The position numbers and the translations under genes are program-made. The notes beneath the pieces are model-generated. The model saw nothing but the letters and a program-made list of their open reading frames with translations, searched no databases and was not told the origin of the DNA. Positions 29,770 to 39,587 of a DNA stretch of 64,000 nt are shown here, piece by piece. The stretch's first letter is position 1. Every line of letters begins with the position of its first letter. This stretch comes from a virus (lineage: Duplodnaviria; Caudoviricetes), in IMG/VR virus record IMGVR_UViG_3300033121_000264, positions 1-64,000 of that record; one strand, given 5' to 3'.

Positions 29770-29835
29770 ATGACCACAGCACCTCGGGCGAATCCGCAGG
29801 TACAAAATGAGGAAACGGCCGACATTCCGTTTTAA
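29770..29835 (+). CDS. In-frame SSB C-terminal tail / 21-aa mini-ORF ending DIPF
   Basis: MTTAPRANPQVQNEETADIPF* immediately after the ssb TAA. Confidence 0.7.
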   Translation: MTTAPRANPQVQNEETADIPF

Positions 29836-29840
29836 AGAAA

Positions 29841-30302
29841 ATGGATAACAAAGATAAAGAGATAGAACTGATTCTAAAAAACATGGGATTGGTTCTATCT
29901 CAATCTTTTTCTTTTAAGAGTTCGCCTTATATAGGACAAGATGATTATAAACAAGCAGGAATTGTTGGGCTTTTAAAAGCAATTCGTAAGTTAGACCCAA
30001 CTAAAGCAAAACTAGTTACATTCTCATATCGAACAATTAAGAATGAACTATTGCTAGAACATCGTAAAAATAAAAGAAATTTACAACTTTTGGGCGAAGA
30101 AGATGTTAGGGTTCAATATAATAAGGGTTCTGATTTTAAAGAGTTTTTGCCGGAATTAAGTAAAACTGATTCTGAAATCATTCAATATAAATTAGAAGGT
30201 TATACTCTTTCTGAAATAGCAGACAAGATGTATATGACTCAAAATGAACTAAAAAATAATATCAAACGCATTTATAAGAAAATTAAGGAAGCAAATGACT
30301 AG
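29841..30302 (+). CDS. Sigma70-family RNA polymerase sigma factor
   Basis: DDYKQAGIVGLLKAIRKLDP...TFSYRTIKN; GYTLSEIADKM. Confidence 0.82.
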   Translation: MDNKDKEIELILKNMGLVLSQSFSFKSSPYIGQDDYKQAGIVGLLKAIRKLDPTKAKLVTFSYRTIKNELLLEHRKNKRNLQLLGEEDVRVQYNKGSDFKEFLPELSKTDSEIIQYKLEGYTLSEIADKMYMTQNELKNNIKRIYKKIKEAND

Positions 30303-32028
30303 AAAAATACGTCTTTTAATGAATACAGAAGCTTCATTCTTAGCTACTGGATATGGTGTTTATAGTAAAGAATTATTGACGAAGTTATATGAAACTGGTA
30401 AATATGAAATTGCTGAATTAGCTTCTTACTGTGAAACTAAAGATTCTAGAATTACTGCTCCTTGGATTACTTACGGTAATGTTCCACCCGGTAAATTTGA
30501 ACAAGAACAAAACGAATATCACAGCAGACCATTTAATCAATTTAATGAATGGCGTTTTAATCAAGCTGTATTAGACTTTAAGCCAGACCATGTATTTAAT
30601 ATTCGTGACCCTTGGATGTGTGAATTTGAATTTCAATCACCACTAAGAAAACATTACTATTGGTCTTGGATGCCAACAGTAGATTCTGCACCACAAGATG
30701 AAGCGTGGTTTGAAGCATTTCTTAATGCTGATGGTCTATTTGCTTATACTGATTGGGGCTTAGAAGTTTTACGTAAACAAGGTGGTAAAAACTTAAAGCT
30801 AATTGCTTCTGCTCCACCAGCAGCAGAATATGACATTTTTAAGCCTGTCAAAGATAAAGAAAAACACCGTGAAAAATATGGTTTCGACAAGAATTTGTTT
30901 ATTGTTGGAACTATTATGAGAAATCAAAAGCGTAAGTTATATCCTGACCTTATGCGTGGTTTCAAATTATTCTTAGATAAATGTAAAGAAAAGGGTAATA
31001 CTGATTTATATAATCGTTCATTCTTATATTTGCACACAAGCTATCCTGATGTTGGATGGGATATTCCTGGCCTAATTAATGAATTTGGTTTGGCCCATAA
31101 AACATTGGTTACTTATCGTTGTGCTAATCCAAATTGTAGACACGCATTCCCATCATTCTTCCAAGATGGTAGAGCAGGATGTCCAAAATGTGGAGCATTC
31201 TCCTGCGGCTTTCCAACTACTCAAATTGGCGTATCACGCGAATACTTAGCGGAAGTAATTAACTTTTTCGATGTTGGTGTTCAATATGCGGTATGTGAAG
31301 GTTTCGGAATGCCACAAACAGAAATTGCTGCTTGTGCTGTTCCATTAATGTCTGTAGACTATTCTGCTATGTCAGACGTTGTACGTAAATGTAATGGTAT
31401 TCCAATTAAAGTAGAAAGATTTTTCAGAGAATCAGAAACTAATGCCGATAGAGCATTACCTGATAATAAACATCTAGCAGATGAACTATATAGATTTGCT
31501 AATCAACCTTTTGCAATGAGACAGAAAAAGGGTCATGAGGCTTTTAAGGGTGTACAAAAACATTATCAATGGAAACAAACTGCTGAAAAATGGGAAAAGT
31601 TTTTTAATTCATTACCATTAAAAGATATTAATCGTTATCAAACTAATCCACAAATCTTTCATCCACAAACGCAAATTCCAGAAGGAATGCAAAATGATGA
31701 TTTTTTGAAGTGGGCTTTTAATAACATATTAGGACAATCTGATAAGATTAATTCATATCTATTTCTTAAAATGAATAAGTGGTTGACTTATGGTGCTAGA
31801 ATAGAAGGTCGTGGTGGATTGGTATCTAATGACCTATCATTACTTGGAGTTCAAGGAAAATGGGCAGAATATACTCAAGAAAGATGCGCTCAAGAACTTT
31901 TAAACATGAGAGCAGAAATCAATGATTGGGAAAAAATTCGTTGTCAAGAACCAACAGAATTACCATATTGGATAGAAATGGCAACTAATAGAAAAGTTGG
32001 AAAGGATGGTATTGTTTATCATGACTAA
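30295..32028 (+). CDS. GT-B (GT4-like) glycosyltransferase with Zn-ribbon insert
   Basis: TGYG, RNQKRK, EGFGMPQTE; CANPNC...CPKC. Confidence 0.85.
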   Translation: MTRKIRLLMNTEASFLATGYGVYSKELLTKLYETGKYEIAELASYCETKDSRITAPWITYGNVPPGKFEQEQNEYHSRPFNQFNEWRFNQAVLDFKPDHVFNIRDPWMCEFEFQSPLRKHYYWSWMPTVDSAPQDEAWFEAFLNADGLFAYTDWGLEVLRKQGGKNLKLIASAPPAAEYDIFKPVKDKEKHREKYGFDKNLFIVGTIMRNQKRKLYPDLMRGFKLFLDKCKEKGNTDLYNRSFLYLHTSYPDVGWDIPGLINEFGLAHKTLVTYRCANPNCRHAFPSFFQDGRAGCPKCGAFSCGFPTTQIGVSREYLAEVINFFDVGVQYAVCEGFGMPQTEIAACAVPLMSVDYSAMSDVVRKCNGIPIKVERFFRESETNADRALPDNKHLADELYRFANQPFAMRQKKGHEAFKGVQKHYQWKQTAEKWEKFFNSLPLKDINRYQTNPQIFHPQTQIPEGMQNDDFLKWAFNNILGQSDKINSYLFLKMNKWLTYGARIEGRGGLVSNDLSLLGVQGKWAEYTQERCAQELLNMRAEINDWEKIRCQEPTELPYWIEMATNRKVGKDGIVYHD

Positions 32029-33139
32029 AGTATTATATATTGGAAATTGTACAGAAAATACTGGTTATGGAGAAGCTGTCCGACAAATGATTGCGGCTAT
32101 GGATAGCGTTGGTATAGACGTTGTAGTTAGACCGTTATTTCTTGGTGGACAAAATATTCCTGTATCTCAAAGACTTGGAGAGTTAATTAATAAAGATGAC
32201 AGAAATCCAGACGTTGTTATTCAACATACCCTTCCACACTTTATGGAATATAATGGTAAATGCGGAAAGAATATTGGATTATTTGCATCTGAAACTAATA
32301 GATTTGACAATGGAATTTGGCCTGAAAAACTTAATTTAATGGATGAAGTTTGGGTTATCTCTCAACAACAAATAGAAGCATGTAAAACAAGCGGTGTTCA
32401 AGTCCCAGTGAATTTGGTTCAGCACCCATGTAATGTAGCTAAATATCAACAAAAATATGAACCATTAAAGTATAAACAATTAGAAAATAAATTTGTCTTT
32501 TACTGGTTAGGTGAATTTAATCAACGTAAGAATTTAGCAGCAGCAGTTAAGGCATTTCATATTGAATTTGACCCCGATGAACCTGTAGAGTTAATTATCA
32601 AAACATCTATTCCAGGTAAGAATCCTGTTGAAACTGCTAGTATTATTAATGAGTATTTGAAAGAGATTAAAGAAAATCTTAAACTATATAAGAATATTGG
32701 AGTATATAAAAAGGAAACTCTAATTACAGCATATATGAAAGAGTCTGATTTAATGAGACTACATAAATCTGGACATTGTTTTATATGTACTTCTCATGGT
32801 GAAGCTTTCTGTTTGCCTGCTGCTGATGCTTTAGGCGTTGGAAATCCTGTTATTGCTCATAATCTAGATTATGTCAAGCATGAATATAATGGACTTATTC
32901 CATACTCAGATAAAGCCGAAGTGTATGGGGCGGTAGATACTTTTCCTGACCTATTAGTTGGTAATGAACTATGGGATACTGTAAGGGTTCCAAGTCTACA
33001 AAAACAAATGAGAAGAATGTTTGAGGCAAAAACTAACGGAGAATATAATAAGTTCTCTGATAATGCTATGGATTCGGTATATGAGATGTCATATGAAAAA
33101 ATTGGTAATCAAATCAAGGGGCTTTTACATATTGACTAG
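32021..33139 (+). CDS. GT4-like glycosyltransferase
   Basis: TGYG, RKNL, SHGEAFCLP. Confidence 0.85.
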   Translation: MTKVLYIGNCTENTGYGEAVRQMIAAMDSVGIDVVVRPLFLGGQNIPVSQRLGELINKDDRNPDVVIQHTLPHFMEYNGKCGKNIGLFASETNRFDNGIWPEKLNLMDEVWVISQQQIEACKTSGVQVPVNLVQHPCNVAKYQQKYEPLKYKQLENKFVFYWLGEFNQRKNLAAAVKAFHIEFDPDEPVELIIKTSIPGKNPVETASIINEYLKEIKENLKLYKNIGVYKKETLITAYMKESDLMRLHKSGHCFICTSHGEAFCLPAADALGVGNPVIAHNLDYVKHEYNGLIPYSDKAEVYGAVDTFPDLLVGNELWDTVRVPSLQKQMRRMFEAKTNGEYNKFSDNAMDSVYEMSYEKIGNQIKGLLHID

Positions 33140-33153
33140 ACCAACTTTTGTAT

Positions 33154-33163
33154 GGTGTATAAT
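33154..33163 (+). promoter_or_regulatory. GGTGTATAAT motif, copy 7, within a hairpin covering RBS and ATG
   Basis: TGTATAATCTC (33156-33166) pairs with GAGATTATATG (33190-33200). Confidence 0.8.
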
Positions 33164-33197
33164 CTCATAGGTCGAAACTACCAATAAAGGAGATTAT

Positions 33198-33869
33198 ATG
33201 AGAAAACCATTCACAAAAGAAGAAAAAGATGAAATTATACGACTTTATCCTATAATGGATACAAAGGAACTTGCAAAAAAATTAAATAGAAACTGGAAAG
33301 TAATAAAACATTTTGCTTATTCTCAAGGTGTTAAAAAACCAGTAATTGATTTAACAAATCAAAAAATTGGTAAATTACAAATTATTGGATTATCTAATAA
33401 AAAAGCCGGGAGAGAAAGATTATGGAAATGTCAATGTGAGTGTGGTAAAAATATTTTAATGAGAACATATGCATTAAACAAAAGAGGGACGCTATCTTGT
33501 GGTTGTTACAGGATTGAAAAAATATCAAATTCTTATGGTAAAATCAGTGGAGTGTGGTATGGTAAAATCAAAGGAAATGCACAAAAAAGAAAATTAGAAT
33601 TTAATGTATCTATCGAATTTTTAAATGATTTATTAGAAAAACAGAATTTTAAATGTGCAATTAGTGGACTACCAATTAAAATAGAAATGGGTAGAACAAA
33701 TAAAATAACAACAGCATCCTTAGATAGAGTTGATAATACTAAACCATATACTGAAGATAATGTTCAATTTTTACATAAACATGTAAATTATATGAAGTGG
33801 ACCCATAAACAAGATTATTTTATTAAACTTTGTCATAAAATCTCAAAATATAATAGAAAGAAAAATTAA
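33198..33869 (+). mobile_element. Free-standing HNH homing endonuclease
   Basis: KCQCECG, CAISG, ASLDRVDN...DNVQFLH. Confidence 0.85.
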
Positions 33870-34882
33870 TGTATTCAGCTATTGCAACTATATTACATAG
33901 AACTTCTAGACAAAATAGGCCATACAACATATTATGTGCTCCGACGCACGAAGCTTATGAATCTAATTTAGCTAAGACAGGCCATAACTTCTATGCTTGG
34001 CGTCAAAAGGGAATCAAAGATTGGAGAACTGATTATCGTCAACTTCCTGATAATTACGTATTATTAGATGGAACAAGAGGAATCAGACAAATTCCATTAG
34101 ACATTAAGTTTGATTTTGTATTAAGCCAAAACAAATTTGGACAATTCCAAATTTTATCAAAATTGGCTGAACAACTACATTTGCCTATTATTTGTATTGA
34201 ACATACATTGCCAGAACCAAGTTGGTCAAATGATATGTTATTAGGTACTAAAAAATTACAGGGCAATATCAATTTATTTATCTCTGAATACTCAAGAAAA
34301 GCTTGGGGATACGAACCAACGGAAGCTGACGTAATTCATCATGGAATAGATACTGAAAAATTTAAACCATCGAATGAAGAAAGACAAAATCATGTACTTA
34401 GTGTTGTTAATGATTGGATTAATAGGGATGGACCTTGTAACTTCCAAACATGGAAAAGAGTAGTATTTGATGGCAAGATTCCATATTTAGTATTGGGTGA
34501 TACGCCAGGATTATCTAAACCAGCCGCATCTAGCGACGAATTAGTTAAAGCCTATCAAACATCTAGAATCTTCCTAAATACGTCTAGAGTATCACCAATC
34601 CCAACAGCTCTTTTAGAAGCTATGGCTTGTGGGTGCGCTGTAGTAACAACGGCAACCTGTATGATTCCTGAGATTGTTAAGGATGGTCAAAATGGTTTTA
34701 TTACCAATAATGAAGTTGAAATCTATAATAGAATACAAGAGCTAAGACAAAACCCTGAGCTAGCAGCAAAACTAGGAGAAAAAGCCATGGAAACTGTGGT
34801 GGATATGTTTAGTTTGGATAAGTTCGTTAATAATTGGAATGGGTTCTTTGATAAAGCAGCCAATTTGGTATACGGGGTATAA
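33869..34882 (+). CDS. GT4 glycosyltransferase
   Basis: IHHGID, ALLEAMACG, EIVKDGQNG. Confidence 0.88.
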   Translation: MYSAIATILHRTSRQNRPYNILCAPTHEAYESNLAKTGHNFYAWRQKGIKDWRTDYRQLPDNYVLLDGTRGIRQIPLDIKFDFVLSQNKFGQFQILSKLAEQLHLPIICIEHTLPEPSWSNDMLLGTKKLQGNINLFISEYSRKAWGYEPTEADVIHHGIDTEKFKPSNEERQNHVLSVVNDWINRDGPCNFQTWKRVVFDGKIPYLVLGDTPGLSKPAASSDELVKAYQTSRIFLNTSRVSPIPTALLEAMACGCAVVTTATCMIPEIVKDGQNGFITNNEVEIYNRIQELRQNPELAAKLGEKAMETVVDMFSLDKFVNNWNGFFDKAANLVYGV

Positions 34883-35090
34883 AATGATATTTGATAGTAT
34901 TTATGATGATATTGATTTTTGGGTTAAGCAAAAATTATCTAAAGAAGACAAAATAGAATTACTAATATTAAATAGATTAATGTTGGAATTTTCAATGGAT
35001 AATAAAACAACACTATCAATTATTACTAACATAACCAAAGAATTAAGAAAAAAATTAGGAGCTACACATGAAAATAAATCTTCTACGTAA
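34864..35090 (+). CDS. Hypothetical protein (start uncertain)
   Basis: Short ORF. Confidence 0.4.
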
Positions 35091-35532
35091 TTCAAATCAA
35101 ACGATGTCGGGCTATTTGAATATTGATATTCTACCTGGAGAAAATAAAGTTCAGGGCGATATTGCTAATCTAGATAATCTAGTAGATGATGCTAGTTGTT
35201 ATGAGATTGTAGCTAGAAATATACTTGAATATGTACCACATACAGAAATTCCACAAGTGGTCGGTCATTGGGTTAAGAAACTAAGTCATGGCGGCAAAAT
35301 TACAATTAATACTACTGACCTACGTAGTATCGTAAAAAGTGTAGCTAGAGAAGCCCTAACAATTCAAGAAACGCTAGAACTACTTTTTGGTAAAAACTCA
35401 ACTGTATTCGATGGTAAAAAGAGCGCAATGACAGCTCATACACTCTCGGCTTTATTAGAAGCTAATGGATTAAAAGTCACCAATAAAGCAATTGATTCTT
35501 ATGAAATCTCTATTACTGCGGAGCGTCAATAA
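35068..35532 (+). CDS. SAM-dependent methyltransferase-like protein
   Basis: GYLNID, ILEYVP, KLSHGG. Confidence 0.6.
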   Translation: MKINLLRNSNQTMSGYLNIDILPGENKVQGDIANLDNLVDDASCYEIVARNILEYVPHTEIPQVVGHWVKKLSHGGKITINTTDLRSIVKSVAREALTIQETLELLFGKNSTVFDGKKSAMTAHTLSALLEANGLKVTNKAIDSYEISITAERQ

Positions 35533-36293
35533 TGACAGAAGAAGTTAAGGCTATTCCAGTTACAAAAACAATCTGTCGTGATTGTGTATTCAATACATTT
35601 TTTGCTGTTGCTCATGATGAATATGGGGATAAACATTGGTGTTCGGTTGGTAAACTAGATAATAATAAAGCTGAATGGAACGAGAAAGACCAATATTGGT
35701 CATTAGACTATTTCTGTAATCATTGTCGTAATTCTGATTGGGTGAAAAAAAACAAATTAGAATATGCTCCAGACTCAGCCCTATTAGAAAAAATTCGTGA
35801 AGAAAATACTGTATTCACAGATATTATTATCTTAGTACATCAACATCATTTATTAGAAGATGTAAAACGAGTTTTAGATAAAATTCAATCTAAATATATT
35901 GGTAAAGTAATTGTGTCAGTTAATAATCAAAAGATTAAACCAAGCGCTATTAATAGACTATTATCTGAATATAAATTTGATTGGCAAATCTTAATGCATC
36001 TTGAAGATACTTCTGTAGATGACCAAGTTCATAAAGTTCATAAATTTACCAAAGGTATGTTCTTTATGTTAGTAGATATGCTTGGTCAATATAATGATGA
36101 TTTACCAAAACAAATAGATATTATGATAAACGATAATAATAATAAATTTGTCTATTACGAACCAGACGAAAATATGGTTAATATAGTAATGCACAATATA
36201 TTATATCAAATGCTTAGAACTGTTAAACGTGATGTAATTATTAAATACGCAGAGGACCAACAATGTCTACACATGCTGAAACTGAAAAACTAG
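35532..36293 (+). CDS. Hypothetical protein (Cys-rich N-terminus, possible degenerate GT-A fold)
   Basis: CRDC...C...CNHC; cluster context. Confidence 0.45.
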   Translation: MTEEVKAIPVTKTICRDCVFNTFFAVAHDEYGDKHWCSVGKLDNNKAEWNEKDQYWSLDYFCNHCRNSDWVKKNKLEYAPDSALLEKIREENTVFTDIIILVHQHHLLEDVKRVLDKIQSKYIGKVIVSVNNQKIKPSAINRLLSEYKFDWQILMHLEDTSVDDQVHKVHKFTKGMFFMLVDMLGQYNDDLPKQIDIMINDNNNKFVYYEPDENMVNIVMHNILYQMLRTVKRDVIIKYAEDQQCLHMLKLKN

Positions 36294-37066
36294 AATTACC
36301 TCACGTAGCAGTTATAATTGCCACTCATAATTATGGAAAATGGTTATTAGAAGCTATTACAAGTGTAATATTACAAAACTATCCTAATAAATCTATTTGG
36401 ATTTACGATGATGGTTCTACTGATAACACGTGGGAAATTTTAGAAGAATTACTTGATGGTGAACGCCATGAAACCATGTTAAGTGGAACAATACAAAATA
36501 CTAAAATATACGCACATACTAGTGCTATTGGTGGAAATAAACTTCCAGCTCAAGGACCATCAAAATCTAGAAATGAATTAATTAAAAAGGCGTGGGATTC
36601 TAGTCAACTATTTGCAATTTTAGACGCTGATGATTATTGGCAACCTGAAAAACTAAGTAAGTCTGTTGCAAAGATATTAGAAGTGCCAGATGTTATTGGG
36701 GCAGTATATACGGATAATTATACTATTAATGAACAAACTGGTATTACTAGTAGAGAATTTAGAGAAAGTTTTGATTATCAAAGATTAGTTCAACATAATA
36801 TGGTACATTCTGGTTGTGTCATTTCTAAGTTGGCCCTGGCAAAAGCAGGACTATACGATGAAGAAATGCGTGTAGCAGAAGATTATGACTTATGGTTTCG
36901 TATATCAGAACGTTTTATGATTTATCATATTCCAGAACCTTTAGTAACGATTAGGGCTGGAAATCACAACACATCTAATTCTGTAGCTCCAGAAGTATGG
37001 CAAAAAAATTGGCAACGTGTCTATCAAAAGGTACAACAAAGAAATGCGCAACGTAACGCCAATTAA
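36263..37066 (+). CDS. GT2 glycosyltransferase
   Basis: IIATHN, DDGSTD, LDADD, EDYDLW. Confidence 0.9.
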   Translation: MSTHAETEKLELPHVAVIIATHNYGKWLLEAITSVILQNYPNKSIWIYDDGSTDNTWEILEELLDGERHETMLSGTIQNTKIYAHTSAIGGNKLPAQGPSKSRNELIKKAWDSSQLFAILDADDYWQPEKLSKSVAKILEVPDVIGAVYTDNYTINEQTGITSREFRESFDYQRLVQHNMVHSGCVISKLALAKAGLYDEEMRVAEDYDLWFRISERFMIYHIPEPLVTIRAGNHNTSNSVAPEVWQKNWQRVYQKVQQRNAQRNAN

Positions 37067-37733
37067 AAAATTCGGTGCTCAAAAGCAACCAAATGATTTA
37101 GCAATAATTTTATTGTCAGCCTCTCCACATAAACAAAGCGGGGTTTATCGTCCAACTATTGAGTTTAATGATGGACAAACTCTTTTATACAAACAATTAC
37201 ATACAATCGAACAAGTATTTCCTAATGCTGAAACTGTGGTAGTTCTAGGGCATGAACCAGAAGAAATATACAAAAATCCATATTTTCAGAATATTAGATT
37301 TATAGAAAATCAAAATTACCTTAGCACAAACACAATAAAAAGTTCTGCACTTGCATTAAGAGCAACGCATTCGGAGTCTTATATTTTTATTCATGGAGAC
37401 ATTTTATTCAACGAACAAGCACTTAATATTGCTGGTAATGAGTCTCAATTAGTAATAGGTAATAATGAAGTAATTAATGATAAGATTGGTTTGATATTAG
37501 ACAAAAACAAAATTGTGAATATAGGATATGGACTAGAGAAACCTTGGGGTCAAATAGCTTACATGAGAGGAAAAGAACTTGACTTGTTCAAAGATTTCTG
37601 CTATAATAAGACCAAGGCAAAATGTCTGCTTTTTGAGGGAATAAACTATATTATTGATAATGGTGGAATCTTTCATCAACACTCAAATAAAAATATTGTA
37701 ACGAAAGAAATCTTATCTAAAAAGGATATTTAA
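37017..37733 (+). CDS. Nucleotidyltransferase-like protein (LicC/GlmU-like, degenerate signature)
   Basis: VVVLGH, IENQNY..TNTIKS, IHGDILF; lacks GxGxR. Confidence 0.65.
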   Translation: MSIKRYNKEMRNVTPIKKFGAQKQPNDLAIILLSASPHKQSGVYRPTIEFNDGQTLLYKQLHTIEQVFPNAETVVVLGHEPEEIYKNPYFQNIRFIENQNYLSTNTIKSSALALRATHSESYIFIHGDILFNEQALNIAGNESQLVIGNNEVINDKIGLILDKNKIVNIGYGLEKPWGQIAYMRGKELDLFKDFCYNKTKAKCLLFEGINYIIDNGGIFHQHSNKNIVTKEILSKKDI

Positions 37734-38758
37734 TGAAGGTTCTATGTCAGTATAAATCAGGCGGTGAATATTATCGCCATCTTGGATTTGCTAATGCAAT
37801 CCGTTCAGCTGGATATGAATTTCTATTCTGGAACTCAGACCAGAAGCCGGCCTATGATGTGTTTGATGAATATAAACCAGACTTATTCATTGGAACGACT
37901 TTTGACCTTACGAGAGCTATTATCGGAGCGATTAAACGTCATCCAGAAGTAAAAGTAGTTCTCAAAGGTGGGAACTGGGGACCATCTGACAAAGATATTG
38001 ATAGAGAGAAATTTCCTATCGTTTTTGTATCTGAAAAAGAAAAGAAGATATTGGGTCAATTAAAAGCCGAGGTGGGTAAGCCTGACCTAGTAATTTGCCA
38101 TTATCATCCACGTAGTTTAGAAGAAACAATGTCAGGATGGAATGAGATTGGTATTGAGCCATTTGCTGTTATGAATGCTGCTGACGTATGTGTATTCTAT
38201 AAGGGCATAAAAGACCTACAATTAACATGTGATGTCTCTTTTGTTGGCGGGTATTGGAAATACAAATCTGAAAATCTAGATAAGTATATTCTTCCACTCT
38301 CATCCCCGGTGGGCAAATATAACCTAAAAGTATTTGGTAATCAACGGTGGACAATTCCACAATTCTTGGGCGGTATTCCAGATAATCGAATTAAAGACCT
38401 TTATGTTTCATCTTTAGTCTGTCCTAATGTAAGCGAACCACATTCCAATGAATTTGGATGGGATGTAGTAGAACGTCCATTTAAGATTCTATCTAGCGGT
38501 GGATTCTTAGTTATGGATGACGTTCGTGATTTTAAAGCTATTTTTAGTGATACGGTTAGATACTACAATAGTTACACTGAACTAGTAGAAATTATTGAGT
38601 ATTACAAAGCTAATCCAGATAGACGTAATTTTGAAGAAGCTCAAAAAATAGTATTACATAATCATACATATCACCATAGAATGGCTGATTTGTTTATGAA
38701 GTTAGGATTTACTAGAGAAGCAACTCAAGTATTAGGGGCTTTAGCTAATGTCCTCTAA
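37733..38758 (+). CDS. GT-B glycosyltransferase (CgeB-like)
   Basis: DVSFVGG, ERPFKILSSGGF, HTYHHR. Confidence 0.75.
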   Translation: MKVLCQYKSGGEYYRHLGFANAIRSAGYEFLFWNSDQKPAYDVFDEYKPDLFIGTTFDLTRAIIGAIKRHPEVKVVLKGGNWGPSDKDIDREKFPIVFVSEKEKKILGQLKAEVGKPDLVICHYHPRSLEETMSGWNEIGIEPFAVMNAADVCVFYKGIKDLQLTCDVSFVGGYWKYKSENLDKYILPLSSPVGKYNLKVFGNQRWTIPQFLGGIPDNRIKDLYVSSLVCPNVSEPHSNEFGWDVVERPFKILSSGGFLVMDDVRDFKAIFSDTVRYYNSYTELVEIIEYYKANPDRRNFEEAQKIVLHNHTYHHRMADLFMKLGFTREATQVLGALANVL

Positions 38759-39587
38759 AATGCTAACAATAGTTTTTTCAAAAGATAGAGCAGCTCAATT
38801 AGATTTATTTCTATGGTCTTTTTTACAAAATTTTCATGTTGGCGGATTATGTATAATATATACTTATTCAAATGAAGAATTTAAAAAGGGATACGAATTA
38901 TTATATCATAAATATATAGCTTTTAGCACAATAAGTTGGCAATTACAAAAATATTCAGTAAAAGAAGAATTGTATACGGCCCTATTACGTAATAATGATA
39001 TTATTAATTTATGTACGGATGATTGTGTATATTTTAGAAAACCATTTTTAAAAATAGAAGATATTGACAAAATTTTAGATGAACGAACATTATGTTTTTC
39101 TCCACGTTTAGGTCTTAATACTATAGTGCAAGACTATAAAACTGGACAATTACAAAAACCTTTGATACAAGACGATTTAACAAGTTATGAACCAAATGAT
39201 ATTCTACATTAGAATTGGAAAATAAAACCACCATTAGAAAATTATGGATTTGCTTGTCATCAAGACTCTTATATATGTCGTAAAGAAGACTTTTTAAAAA
39301 TAGCTAATTTTAATTGGCAAAACATGAGAGAATTAGAAGGAACTTTAGCTTTAGAACGTAGACATACAATGTACTATAAACCAATGATGTCATCACTACA
39401 GAAAAGTTTTTGTGTTAATATTCCAGCTAATAATGTTCTTCCAGGTCTATATGCTGGCGATAAATGTTATGAATCATTAGAAGATATGAATGATAAATTT
39501 TTAAGTGGTAAAAGACTTTCATTGGAAAAGTCAGATTTTAGCAATATTATTGGTTCACATCAGGAGGTACGATTGGTATGGGATTAA
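38748..39587 (+). pseudogene. Glycosyltransferase-like gene interrupted by an in-frame TAG (39210-39212)
   Basis: FSKDRAAQL, TDD, SPRLG; frame continues H*NWK...ENYG into the 39324 ORF. Confidence 0.7.
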
